Notes under the pieces: model-generated
Seen by the model: only the letters and a program-made list of their open reading frames with translations
Database searches by the model: none
What the model was told of the DNA's origin: nothing
Assembly: GCF_003918875.1 (NCBI RefSeq)
Contig: NW_025767022.1
Coordinates: 682,001-746,000, forward strand
Source of the DNA: Haliotis rubra
Lineage: Eukaryota
Length of the DNA: 64,000 nt
Direction of reading: 5' to 3'
Shown here: piece by piece, positions 1 to 13,716 of the stretch
How the letters are laid out: the number at the start of each line of letters is the position of its first letter
Numbering within the stretch: position 1 is the stretch's first letter
Program-made: the position numbers and the translations under genes

Positions 1-3000
1 TAATGCAAGGTGCCTTTAAACTTGGAGCCGGGGCATGGATAACTCGTTGAAGAGAAGGCGTGATCTGCAAACTTGGCGTGTCATTTTTTCTGTTTTGGTT
101 TGATGGATCCGATAGAAGTTTTTTACGTTGTTGATCACTTACTACTTTCCAAGCCTGTGAGCTTGCAGGAGCGAGAAAACGATAGTTAATGTACCTGGTA
201 TCTATCTCAGTGAAAACACCTGGGACAACCTAGAGCACGGCCATTGTTTCTCTGTGTCAGGCAGAGTCCGCGGAGGTGACGCGAGTTGTCCCGCGGTGTA
301 ATTGTGACATAAAAAAATGTTATTGGAAAATTCGGAATAAGTTATTGTAAAATGAGGATGAAAAAGTTTTCTTATACTGTGGAATATAGATTGAGATTCA
401 ACAGCTTCCCGAAAAAAAGATGAAATCACACTGAGGTCAGAATTGATAAGGAAATCGCTCCATGGCAAGTGCGATCGGACACTCAACAAGAGTATTGCCA
501 AACACCACACAGGAATGCATGTGATTCTGGGGATAGTAGGTCAAATGGATATTAGTTATTCTGGTTACTTTGTACAATGGTCTTATTGAGTTACATTATC
601 TGGACATAACAGTTGATATACATGTACTTAGATTGATCGCATACACTGGATAGTTCCAGACTAAGAATGTTGAAGACAGGATTAACCTGAACGAAAGTAC
701 CGCATAAAATCCCGAAGTTCTGATGTGCCCTGTATGTAAATGTCTTTTTTCTCATTTATAATAGGTGGAGTTGTTCCCCAGCGTCGTGTACGCCGTCCTA
801 CAGCTCGAATACTGATGAGTGTGGCCTTAAACAAAAAACAAATATTCGAACCATCGTAGTAATCCGGTAGTTAGACTCAACGTCGTCATGTCTTACCGTT
901 CGCTTCACCCGACGCCATTATAGCGGAACCTAAACTCAGCGTACTTTCAAAATTATGACTTTGCAAATATTTAATCAGCTTCAGTCAAAAAGCAGGCATG
1001 AAGGCTTCAGTTTCACAAATTCCTCGGCTGAATGTGCTGTTGTACATCCAAACAGCCCCGACTTAACATTAATCTGCATGTGTGTAATGCAAGACGCAGT
1101 TGGCTAACAAAGTCAAGATAAGGTAGCGAAAGGATCAAACGTCAGATTATATGAAACTAATCTTAGCGCCGGACAGAATCTCGTATCCTGCTTGTAGATG
1201 AGGAGGAACCGGCGGATATTTTATGTCAAACCTAGACAAAAGTCATTCTAGCTGAGACAAGTAATTCATAATAGCCATAGGCAGTTCATCTATTAGGGAA
1301 TATATCAAGGGAAAATCGGTTTTGAACATTACCTCAGAGCGCGGTAGGAATCAGAAGCTGCTTAATACCATCAGTGTTGCCTTCAAGTTGATAGTTCAGT
1401 CTGGGATCTCGTTTCTCCACGATAACATATTTTGTGTTATTTTAACTTTCACGGAGCCCCATGGTTCCGGGTTATGAGAAAACGTGCACGATGTTGTCGG
1501 GGATGATGATGTGCATGCGCTATGATGTAAAACTCATATATTCTGCATGACTCGGAAGGTTGTGACCCGAGCTCCTTCTGAAGCCCACTATCGTGAAAGA
1601 GGTTGCACATACCACTAGCTGTATCCAGTGGTGTATGAATCGTTTAGTTGCAAGTCCCCATGAAGGGAGATGCTGAGATTATAGGAATCCCCCTGGATTT
1701 AAGACCTATCTTTCATTGCCCGGCCAGTGTGGATTTCCTTCACCATAGCACAGTTTAATGTTTGCCGATATGTCAGGGGATTCATTTCTAAACTGAGCGT
1801 TATAGCCGTATCTTTCGGTTATCAGAACATTTTACTTTCTGCAATATCGGTCTCGACATTACATGTACGTGTACACAGTTGACGTAAATATGAGTCACTT
1901 TCAAAAAAATTAATTGCCCGAAAAATGTGCTTCGGATACTATATCCCTGTTTAAGTCGTCGTAGAATCTGGGCGTCAGCGGCAAGTTATATGCAGAAATG
2001 ATGCTATCAATCAATAATTAGAAAGAATATATGTCGAACGTGAAAAATGTTATACGTAAAGTTGCCCAAGCATTCATTATTACACAGATTTGTTTCCTGG
2101 TATTGACAACCTTGTTCATTAATGAAATCACACTGCTAGAAATCGCAGATCTGGCGTGAAATTAAATCGGACTGACCACTGAAGCGAACTGCTCCTATCC
2201 CTGTTTTCATTAATACAGCCTTTATGTGAATTCCGTCGCCAGCAAACTGCTATGATATCATTGTGACGTCAGATGGGTCAGGGATGTCATTTGTGAAAGG
2301 AGTGACTCTAAAGCCTCGTTTTGACCCTGTTAGCCTCGATTCCACTTTGACCCTGGTCTGAGAGACTACCGGCGACTATATCCACTTGTAAATGTCACGC
2401 AAGGCGGGTTTAAGAGCGAGAAACAGTGTATCTATTTGTAAGGTTAAGCGATGAGAGTAAATATTGACAGACGATAAAAGATATGGTAAATAAACAATCT
2501 GACAGCCATTGACAGCGGGTGATGAAGCTCGGGGTAGAACAATGGGGCGTTGTGGCCACAACCTCTGTGTGAATTCAGCTGCTATTGGAGGTTCTGACAT
2601 CCACAAACAAGCAGTCTCGCCGGTATCCTAAAATAGCCATCAAAGGGCCTACAAGTTAATGGTGCCATTATATGTATGCCCTTTTCAAATGAAACTTACA
2701 GAAGTTTATCTTAGCATATGACAAAACCATAGGAATATGTCTGGACGGTATACGCATAGCTGTACTACGTGGGGCAGTATACCTGTCGCAGCTGGGTGTC
2801 ATAGTATATCAGCATTTGATACATTACCGAACATGATCTGGGAGCTGTAGGTGCGTGTCATACAATCTTACAACACTAATGGAGGTGACGTACACGTCAG
2901 CGTGTGACATGTCATCATTATGAATTGGAAGATAGTTTTTGAGAACTTTCACTATGCTTATACTATCGACCACTCGTTCACCTGACATGGGGTAGCAGCC

Positions 3001-3208
3001 TTGTGCCTCAAACGTCCGTTCATCACGCCGAAAGTCCAGGTTTGATTCCGCTGACCTATAGTCATTCCCTGTATCCCTGGACGCGATCTTACCAAAGTAA
3101 TGGACAAAGCAGCCTATTACCATGATGGCTGATTCAGCTTCAATCACCAGTGTAATGAGTTTACTACAGCTGTATGAACCCCAGGTAAAGTATCACCTTG
3201 AACACCTA

Positions 3209-3336
3209 TGTACCAGGCGCTGTGTCCAGGTAGGACACCTTGTACCAGGCGCTGTGTCCAGGTAGGACACCTTGTACCAGGCGCTGTGTCCAGGTAGGAC
3301 ACCTTGTACCAGGCGCTGTGTCCAGGTAGGACACCT
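3209..3336. repeat. Minisatellite, 32-bp unit x4
   Basis: Four perfect copies of TGTACCAGGCGCTGTGTCCAGGTAGGACACCT. Confidence 0.95.
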
Positions 3337-5735
3337 GGCACAGTATTATGTATATACACAGATGTGCACTCACCTTAAAACACCATGTTATTTCACTACA
3401 CGAAATTCGACACTACTCCAGCTGAGTTCCTTTGAAACATATTGCTCTTGAAATTAGCTTAAGGACCACCAGCCTATGGTGTATATGTGAAGACAGACGG
3501 ATGTGAACCAGATTTGTATGTGTTTAATTACACGATTACCCCAGGGTCAAAGGAACTCTGTCATGCTATGTTTCCATACTGAAGAACATGCCAGGCCAGC
3601 TACCACCCTTCAAACCAGTTAACATGTTCATTACCTTTATCAGCTGCTTTGAAATTGACCATGCCTTGAACTGTGATTATAAACCCATCCTCAAAGAATG
3701 GCACAGGCAGATTATATTTAACCTTCTTCAAAAACCGTTTAGTCAGTAATCTTGTTAGAGCATTCAAAGGTGCATCTGGAGGTTACGGCAAGTCGACTGA
3801 TCTCCGGTGTTTGATGTGCGTGTGTCGGTAAAGGAAGTCAAATACTAGACATCATGTCAAGTGAAGACATGTCGGAAACGATCATTTGAATTTTCAAATC
3901 AGTGAAATATTGCTTCATACCATGGTATGCCATGCAACGCCTCATGTGTCATAAACATCTTGAAAATCATAGTGTACATGTCAAAGATTTAATCTGTAAA
4001 TATCATTCTGTAATTCATTGAATGCCAATATATCGTATGCATGACTATCTGAATTAATAAGTCTACTTATAACACAAGGTATAAATGAAAGCGACAGAAA
4101 CATTTTCTTAATCATAACAATTCTCTCTTACAAGCACAATCCGTTATAAATGTGCGATTGAAACACTTGCTAGTCAGCTATTTAAACTGCGTATTCGTGA
4201 AAACGTAACCTAATTCAGTTTTTCACTGAGGATTGCCGTCACAAACACGTGCAGAGGCAAATCAATTATTCTACCGAAAGACACTGGAGTATTGGTGAAA
4301 GTGGGAATGGAATCGGACATAATGTTTGTCACCGATGCGTCAAATGACGTCCAACATTTATGTCATCCTTCCTGCCCTACAGTTGTGTGAATATGTTTGT
4401 GTCACTCAGGAAATAATGGATCCAGTAGGAAACGGCTTGGGCGGTAATACTGTCTCGTCTCGTTCTGGTTGTGATGGGTAAATGAGAAAGTTAATAGATC
4501 AGCAGGACGGGTAGATGCGTACTATATCTCCTCTCAACACATTCCACATAGATGTTATCAACGAGAATGTCCAATACGTCATGTGTTGTTTTGTCAATGA
4601 CCTAGATAACATTCCATCAAGACATCTATGTAATGATCTCCACGTTTAGTCACAAACGCCGACGGATTTAGGCATGAGACTTTTGTCACGTTTCTTGTAA
4701 GGAGAGGAGTGTAAAAAGTTAAAAGATAAAATGTCTTTAACAAGTATACCTGTTTTTTTTCTAAGACTTCAAACATTCCAACAAACATTCGAGTGAGTGT
4801 TGTCACATGCTACTGATTCCACTTGTCCCAAATACCTTCAGGGAATAAGAAAAAAAAAACACCGTTGAAAGAGGTATGAGTAATCTTTGCGACAGGGAGT
4901 TGGTGGAACATCAGCCAGTACAATGTTATTGTGTGTACAGTTATATCTGTACAGCAAGGCAAAGGTTGTTAATATTGACACATGTTTGGGACAGGTTTCT
5001 TCTGCTGTCTCACATGTAAACGTATCTGACGACCATAGCGAACACGCAAGTCAGCCAGCCAGTTAATATGGAAGTTTAAACCTGGAGGAACGCCCGAATC
5101 GATGACGGTCTCCGAGGTGTGCCAACTGCCGGAAACCTACAAGCACGGAAGTGGTAGGAACAAACCTGAAAACAGATTAGAGGCGACGGCATTCGAATTC
5201 ACGATCTAGATTTTTGGCGTTTTAACTCTGCTCAGCATTGTCTGGTCGTTACCCCCAAATCAAACGAATCACAAGTTACCTAGAATTAAGAGATCTAGTT
5301 CTTCGTCCACAGAACTTTCACAAAAGCAATTCCCAACACTTGGTGTATGACGAAACAACATGTCTAATTAATTCACTGATGAACGTTGTACCAAACTGCT
5401 GGCCTTGTGTGCGTTTTCAGATTTCCTACAATACATTGTTAATCGCTAATTCAATCAGTCGTGCACAGCATCCCGCGACATAGTCCAGTTAACCGGTATG
5501 TCTTAATCCATTAATGTGATTGGCACTAATGCCACCTCAACGAGGCTAATGAATCAGGACATACCTTGACCAGGTACAGGAAGGACAGGACGCTACTGGA
5601 AGCCATAGATACATACGTACCACAGTAGGACCTGCCGAATGAATCTCAGTATGATAACATCTACGATATGCCTAAACAGGAAGATTGTAAGCTGAAGGCC
5701 ATTATGTATAGCACTACTAGCCATATAGCTGAGAC

Positions 5736-5969
5736 ACCCGTGAAGATCCGGGTTAGAATTGATCTTCCGTAACCGATGCTTGTCGTAAGAGGCGACTAAC
5801 GGGATCGGGTGCTCAGACACGCTGACATGATTGACACATGCCCATAGATCGATGCTCATGTTTTAGATGACTGGATTGTCTGGTCCAGACTCGAATATTT
5901 ACAGACCGTGTCCATATAGCTAGAATATTGCTGAATGCAGAGTAAAACTATACTCATTCACTCATTGAC
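5736..5969 (+). mobile_element. SINE-like retroposon, family A (non-tRNA head, (CACT)n-type tail), copy 1
   Basis: Collinear with the reverse-oriented copy at 17753-18042 (CCCGTGAAGATCCGGGTTAGAATTGATCTTC...GTAAGAGGCGACT...CTGGATTGTCTGGTCCAGACTCG...GTAAAACTA.ACTCA). Near-perfect flanking direct repeat ATAGCTGAGACAC (5725-5737) / ATAGCTCAGACAC (5970-5982). Confidence 0.85.
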
Positions 5970-6785
5970 ATAGCTCAGACACTATTCGTTGAAACTACAG
6001 TTCAAGAGAAAATGTTAGGAGTGATGTAGCCAGCGCACCTGCTTACAAACACTGTCCTACTGTGTGTTAATGGGTACGGAACAGATGCGCAGGTTTGATA
6101 TGTTTAACACATTTATCTAAAATGCTATCGGTACATAAAAATGCATAAATGCATCCAGACAGTGATTAACAAACACTGAGAGGGATTTATATTCTGCACA
6201 TGTCTACGGCGTCAATGAGAATTGTTTTCGGCAGCCATGAGAAGAACAACCCACTGTTTTGAACTGGAGAGGAACACATGATGTGGATACACTTGATAGT
6301 CCCCGATAACGTTTTATTGGTTTGCATAACGCGCTGGGAGAGCAACATATAGCACCACCACAACTGGCACGGTCTGGGAGGGGCAAGGACTCAGGGACGT
6401 AGGTGTCATGAGAGGGACCATGGTGACATAAAATACAATATTAACGCAGTAATCGGACTCTCATCTACTTGTTCCGAAGGAATCCACTTAGAGTAGTGAT
6501 TAATTCGGTAACTGCTTGAAGTCAGAGCCTGTGGTCTGACTCATTGCTTGTCACCGTGCCCTTCAGTGGCGAAAAGAAAGGGGACGGTGCTCGTCTTATC
6601 AGCCACAGGCTTGTGTGAGCCAGATTACCTACAGGTGTTATTCAACAAACAACTCCAACGCAATCTACCGTAACCGAGCCTTTACAGAACACTGCATGAT
6701 TTTTCAAAACATTTTGTGAAGATCTTACTTTAGAATAGATCGTCAGAACCTGCTTAAACATTCATTTATTCATTCCTTCGCCAAC

Positions 6786-6937
6786 CTTAACAGTCTATCT
6801 CGACATTTACAGTTAAACTCGATCTTTACAGCCTAACTCGACCTTTACAGTCTAACTCGATTTTTACAGTCGAACTCGATCTTTACAGTTTTACTCGACA
6901 TTTACAGTCTTACTCGACATTTACAGTCTTACTTGAC
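6786..6937. repeat. Degenerate minisatellite, ~19-bp unit, ~8 copies
   Basis: Recurring ACTCGAYMTTTACAGTCT. Confidence 0.85.
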
Positions 6938-7784
6938 GTCCATTACTCATCCACTCACCCACCTTACTCAATTACCATCATACGACCGACGGACCATTAT
7001 TCCAATCATTGGGAATACTTTGTTGACAATAATCATACAAATCATATGTACGAGTAGGATTATGGAGAGCCTAATGGCATAATCTGTTCAATGCTAATAT
7101 ATAGACTGGCCCTGATTACCAACCACTCCTAATAAATATTTATGTCAATCTACCGATGGTCGATTTCTTTGTTCAGGTCGCCGAGTATGTTTCCAGTCTC
7201 CCTTTATCCTTGGCTTGGTGTACACAGGAGCTAAAAGAGTCAGTCATTCAATAAAGAGCGAGGAGTTTGTTCCTGGGGAAAGTCTGGTATACAGACCTCT
7301 GTACTCTATGCAGCACCTCCTCCCCCCAGCCTACACTTGGCCGATAACTCCATCCCCGCGAGCCTAATGCGATCTGTCATCGTCTAGTGGTTTCTCTCCA
7401 TCTGATGAATATCATTTAATTGCGACTAATTACGAGTTTAAAGGTTGGTGGGAGTTCAGGAGAAGGTAATGCAGGTATAAATTAATCGATGAATACTCGT
7501 CGTGCCCGCAACAGAAAGGCTCACATTAGAACCGGTAATCGTCTTGCCTAACACGAGTTGGAATACAACACGTGACTTTATTGTATAAACATCAGAGTTC
7601 AGTGAAGCAAATTCCCTTCATTTAAGTATATCGATATTAATAAAAACCCAATGTAGGCTGCAAATCCTAAAACCAACACTCATGAAATGAAGCTGTTTAA
7701 TGTTGGGATTCAACTGAGGAACAATGATGACACTGTTACGTCATGGGGTTCAGTCGGTAAGGTATTAGTCTTGTCTTATTACCC

Positions 7785-7990
7785 AAGTAACACTCTTCCG
7801 TTACGATAATGACACTGCTTCTTTACGATGATAATATTGTTCCGATTCGCGATAACACTGTTTCCGTGAGGTGATAACAGGTGATTCATTGACTGATGGC
7901 ACTATTTCCGTTACGTGATTTGCCGTTTACTTTATAACACTGTTTCCGTTACGTAATGACACTGTTTCGGTACGGGCATAACATTATTTA
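7785..7990. repeat. Old degenerate tandem repeat, ~22-bp unit
   Basis: Recurring GATAACACTGTTTCCGTTAC-like motif. Confidence 0.6.
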
Positions 7991-9180
7991 CTTATTGTGT
8001 CGAAACTTTATTTGATAATATTCACCGATAACCGGTGGAAACAGAAGATAGCGATTCAAACCTGTAGATGATGAAGTGTGTCAGCTTGTCCCTATCTAGG
8101 ACGATGTACATCTAGGCGGTTGTAGATTTAGTCCGCCAGATTTTATACAACTTTGTTTATCACGCACGATATTCAATAAACATCAATTAGCCAACCTATT
8201 CTAATTCTTATTTCACTGTAACACACATTTGGCTAAACAAAGCCCGCTATCTAAATGAAGCAATAAAACAATGCCGACTCACGAAACAAACATTCCCATC
8301 CAGTACCAACATTATTGTGCTGATTCAACCTGAAGGTGTGTCGGGCTTGGGAATGATATGCTGAGACAGGTGTCTGAGAGTTATCTCCCTTGAAGCCACC
8401 AGGCGGACTTCACCTGTTACTGTCTGTCATACAAGCACATTATGTGGCTGAGATTGTGGCTCTGTTCCAAATGCCTTTGTTCTTCAATTATATATTGCCT
8501 GGTTACATGAGTTCGCGATGCAGAACTGTAAAAAAGCTGATTTGCTTGAAAGAGACTATTAAATCGAGGAAAATCGATCCTGGTTTCGTGTACTGTTGTC
8601 AATGATAACACCAGGACAGCCAAACAAGCACCGCATGTCAATCCTTTTAAATCAAGTGCGGAAAATGACACAATCGCAATCACCAAGGGTAATAAATTAA
8701 GATATTTCCCATTTTTCATTCAAACATCATTTTCAATTGTACGTTCGTGAACAAATATGAACCGGTTCCTGGTTACAAAATCTGAAGGTGAAGCACATGT
8801 GACTCAATGATCTGTTTAGATTAAATGGCACCTTTAAAACATCGTTCAGAACGCCAGAAGCTTGCTGGTAATTATAATACCCAATACAAACATGAACGGT
8901 CTAGCGGTATTATCATTGGAAAACGGTTTCGGTGCTCAGAGTCTTTTGGTTCCCACAGAGGAGTTCCCGTAGTTTTTAAACCATTAATTGCATGTAAAAA
9001 CTTGCACAAACGGACTCTTAAAATTCGATGCAATTAACCTTACTCACGACCGATTGCAGACAGCTCTCTCATGATGGAACTAAGCTGAAAGAGCAGTTAA
9101 AGTAAAGAACGGAAGGATTATGACGTAAGGAAGTGGAAGAGCAAAAATAGAGGCTGTGGAATGAAGGCAAGTAGCGAGGC

Positions 9181-10680
9181 AGGACATAAAAGAAGACAAA
9201 TGAAAGGAATGTGTCGAACTAGGGAAGACATGAAGGCAGACAAATGAATGGAATGTGTCGAACTAGGCAGACATAAAGGAAGACAAATGAAAGGAATGTG
9301 TCGATCTAGGGAAGACATAAAGGAGACAAATGAAAGGAATGTGTCGGACTAAGGAAGACATAAAGGAAGACAAATGAAAGGAATGTGTCGGACTAAGGAA
9401 GACATAAAAGGAAGACAAATGAAAGTAATGAGTCGATCTAGGGAAGACATAAAGGAATACAAATGAATGGAATGTGTCGAACTAGGGAAGACATAAAGGA
9501 AGACAAATGAAAAGGAAAGTGTCGAACTAGGGAAGACATAAAAGAAGACAAATGAAAGGAATGTGTCGAACTAGGGAAGACATGAAGGCAGACAAATGAA
9601 TGGAATGTGTCGTACTAGGCAGAAAATAAAAGAAGACAAATTAAAGTAATGAGTCGAACTAGGCAGGACATAAAGGAAGACAGATGAAAGGAATGTGTCA
9701 AACTAGGGAAGACATAAGGAAGACAAATGAAAGGAATGTGTCGGACTAAGGAAGACATAAAGGAAGACAAATGAATGGAATGAGTCGATCTAGGGAAGAC
9801 ATAAAGGCAGACAAATGAAAGGAAAGTGTCAAACTAGGGAAGACATAAAGGAAGACAAATGAAAGGAATGTGACTAGGGACAAAGACAAATAGAAAGGAA
9901 TGTGTCGAACTAGGGAAGACATAAAAGGAGACAAATGAATAGAAAGGAATGAAGACAAATGAATGTCGGACTAAGGAAGACATAAAGGAAGACAAATGAA
10001 AGGAATGTGTCGGACTAAGGAAGACATAAAGGAAGACAAATGAAAGGAATGTGTCGGACTAAGGAAGACATAAAGGAACATAAATGAAAGTAATGAGTCG
10101 AACTAGGGAGGACATAAAGGAAGACAAATGAAAGGAATGTGTCAAACTAGGGAAGACATAAAGGAAGACAAATGAAAGGAATGTGTCGAACTAGGGAAGA
10201 CATAAAGGAACATAAATGAAAGTAATGAGTCGAACTAGGGAGGACATAAAGGAAGACAAATGAAAGGAATGTGTCAAACTAGGGAAGACATAAAGGAAGA
10301 CAAATGAAAGGAATGTGTCGGACTAAGGAAGACATAAAGGAACATAAATGAAAATAATGAGTCGAACTAGGGAGGACATAAAGGCAGACAAATGAAAGGA
10401 ATGTGTCAAACTAGGGAAGACATAAAGGAAGACAAATGAAAGGAATGTGTCGGACTAAGGAAGACATAAAGGAAGACAAATGAAAGGAATGTGTCGGACT
10501 AAGGAAGACATAAAGGAAGACAAATGAATGGAATGAGTCGATCTAGGGAAGACATAAAGGAAGACAAATGAAAGGAATGTGTCAAACTAGGGAAGACATA
10601 AAGGAAGACAAATGAAAGGAATGTGACAAACTAGGGAAGACATAAAGGAAGACGAATGAAAATAATGTGTCGACCTATTA
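9181..10680. repeat. Purine-rich minisatellite, ~44-bp unit, ~34 copies, decaying into GA-rich sequence to ~10930
   Basis: Unit GACAAATGAAAGGAATGTGTCGAACTAGGGAAGACATAAAGGAA with interspersed variants. Confidence 0.95.
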
Positions 10681-10969
10681 TAGGGAGAGGCAAATAGATG
10701 GAAGATACACAGGGAGACAAATGACAGGAATGTTTGGGACTAGAGAAGACATAAATGATGATCAAGGAAGTAAGGAGCTTTGAATGACAAAAAAGATGAT
10801 ATGAACAGGAATGAAGGGTAATAAATGAAGGAGGAAAGATAAGGATAAGGAAGGAACGTGAAGGACAAAACAAGAAATAAATGATAAGGAAAAAGCAATG
10901 ATGGCGAGGAGAAGAAAAAGAAATCAAGAATGGCGAAAAAGGTGGCGAACAAGGCGAAAATGACACTAC

Positions 10970-11020
10970 ACGAGTTAATATTTAACATCACATAGGCAAT
11001 ATTTCAGCCATATCGTGACG
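10970..11020 (-). mobile_element. Isolated SINE/LINE 3'-tail fragment
   Basis: GAGTTAATATTTAACATCACATAGGCAATATTTCAGCCATATCGTGAC matches 19380-19427 and resembles the reverse complement of the family A tail. Confidence 0.55.
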
Positions 11021-11031
11021 ATATACAGAAC

Positions 11032-12190
11032 GGAGATACACTAGGAAGATACAGTACGGAGATACACTACGAAGATACACTGTGGAGATAAGCTACGGAG
11101 ATACACTGTGGAGATACGCTACGAAGATACACTGTGGAGATACGCTACGAAGGTACACTGTGCAGATACGCTACGGAGATACACTGTGGAGATACACTAC
11201 GAAGATACACTACGGAGATACGCTACGAAGATACACTGTGGAGATACGCTACGAAGATACACTGTGGAGATACGCTACGGAGATACACTGTGGAGATACG
11301 CTACGAAGATACAGTACGGAGATACGCTTCGAAGATACACTGTGCAGATACGCTACGAAGATACACTGTGGAGATACGCTACGAAGATACACTACGCTAC
11401 GAAGATACACTGTGGAGATACGCTACGAAGATACACTGTGGAGATACGCTACGAAGATACACTGTGGAGATACGCTACGAAGATACACTGTGGAGATACG
11501 CTACGAAGATACACTGTGGAGACGCTACGAAGATACACTGTGGAGATACGCTACGAAGATACACTGTGGAGATACGCTACGAAGATACACTGTGGAGATA
11601 CGCTACGAAGATACACTGTGGAGATACGCTACGAAGATACAGTGTGGAGATACGCTACGAAGATACACTGTGCAGATACGCTACGAAGATACACTGTGGA
11701 GATACGCTACGAAGATACACTGTGGAGATACGCTACGAAGATACACTGTTGGAGATACGCTACGAAGATACACTGTGGAGATACGCTACGAAGATACACT
11801 GTGGAGATACGCTACGAAGATACACTGTGGAGATACGCTACGAAGATACACTGTGGAGATACGCTACGAAGATACACTGTGGAGATACGCTACGAAGATA
11901 CACTGTGGAGATACGCTACGAAGATACACTGTGGACACTGTACACTGTGAGATACGCTACGAAGATACAGTGTGGAGATACGCTACGAAGATACACTGTG
12001 GAGATACGCTACGAAGATACACTGTGGAGATACGCTACGAACATACACTTTGGAGATACGCTACGGAGAGAGATACACTACACTGTTGAGATACGCTACG
12101 AAGATTCGCTGTGGAGATACGCTACGAAGATACACTGTGGAGATATATTTTGAAGATGCATAAAGGTGAGATACTATGGAGATACTTTAT
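11032..12190. repeat. Minisatellite, 26-bp unit (13+13 dimer), ~44 copies
   Basis: Unit GAGATACGCTACG+AAGATACACTGTG. The ORF track shows a 26-aa periodicity, equal to 3 x 26 nt. Confidence 0.95.
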
Positions 12191-13610
12191 GGAGCCGTAT
12201 CTCGTACATTACTCTAAGAGACACAATGATCATTTTAGTCTCAACTTCTGCAGCTGCACGTTCGTCTCGCCACGTTCCACAGTAGGATGCTATGGTGCGT
12301 CAAGTTGTCCTGTTTCTTCATACCAGACCACCAGAGAACATACACGTGCATGCACCATACAAGTGCAGTAGTCTTGAACCCGACATTAAAACCCATTTCA
12401 ACTCCATTCCATTCTCCTTCAGTCTAGAAACACAAGACTTAGTGGCATCAGCTTTGTCGGTCGTTCACGCTGCTGCCTAAATATCAGACCAGTAACTTTC
12501 AACTGAACCAATACTGTGGAACGATACACAAAGAATAACAGGAATAGACGACGCTTGCATTCCATGCCCCAGTCCAGCACAGGGGGGTATTTGCGTTGGA
12601 CGGAAGGCAAAGGAACGCCCCAATGGTCCATGCTGGGGACTAGGGCAGGGCAGGATTGGTTGAGGAAATCAAGGCTCTCACATAAATATTCCAACATACT
12701 AACCCGACAAAAATAATCAAACACACTTATTTGTGTATGTCTGGGGATAGGTTATCAATCACATTGTTACATTTGCCAATATAATCGTTGGGTATTTAGG
12801 GTTATTTTGTGTGGAGAAATGTACCACCTCAGTGGCGGATCGCCGGGATAAAACAAATAATAGGCGTGATGTTTGCTCAAATATTGTGTCGACATCAGTG
12901 CATCAAACGTTCTTAAGTCACTAAACGTTCCGTATCTGATACCATGACTCTTTACACAGCTGCAGACCATTGCCTAAATGGAAACAACATCATACAGCTG
13001 TAATAATGCTGAAACAAATCTATGCTCATGATATTGTTACAATTGTACAATCGACTCTGCTTTTAGCAGATACTTCCTATGAATGTGGAAAGGGTTTTGT
13101 CGCTTCTGTTAAGAAACATTCACTAGTTAACTTCCGTGTTAAGATTTTGTCCTGTTATGTTGTGACGTCATTTAATACAACATTACGTCAGATTGGCGTT
13201 AAAGAGGCTTTTCTGTACAACATCACTGATAACAACTCAAGGTCACTGAACAACTGTAACATGACGCATTAATCACGAATAATAACGTTTCAATTTCTTG
13301 TCCATCGTAGAGTAAAGAAATCACAGAAAGCTAACTCTAAAAAACATGTGCTGTGATTCAGAATAACGCAATGCAACATCACAAGATGCCAGTGTTCTGG
13401 TCTCTGTGTAAATGTCAGGTGCTAAAAGCCCTTAACGAGATGTATATGTTCCAGAATGAAAGAACACAGTTTTGTTTTTGTTTTATTTTCGGGGAGAATT
13501 ATCAGCAATACTGACACCCAATATGACTTCCTGGTTCCAGAGATCAATTCTCCTGCTGCTGTTGCCATCACGGACAGTGCTCCACACACCACGGCCTGAA
13601 CAACGGCGTC

Positions 13611-13716
13611 AATAACATACACAGTTGTTAATAGTAGATACTGGTGAATACCATACACAGTTGTTAACAGCAGATACTGGTGAATAACATACACAGTTGT
13701 TAATAGTAGATACTGG
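13611..13716. repeat. Minisatellite, 36-bp unit x3
   Basis: AATAACATACACAGTTGTTAATAGTAGATACTGGTG at 13611, 13647 and 13683. Confidence 0.9.

Noticed and set aside
811-835. CTGATGA hammerhead core start (also near 5376, 7402, 19752 and 32791)
   Set aside because: No stem II or GAAA at a suitable distance.
8417-8719. 100-aa ORF with a hydrophobic N-terminus
   Set aside because: No recognisable domain; an ORF of this length is expected by chance.
11082-12163. 280-339-aa ORFs with repeated Cys/His/Tyr motifs
   Set aside because: The 26-bp unit is not a multiple of three, and the same peptide appears in all three frames.
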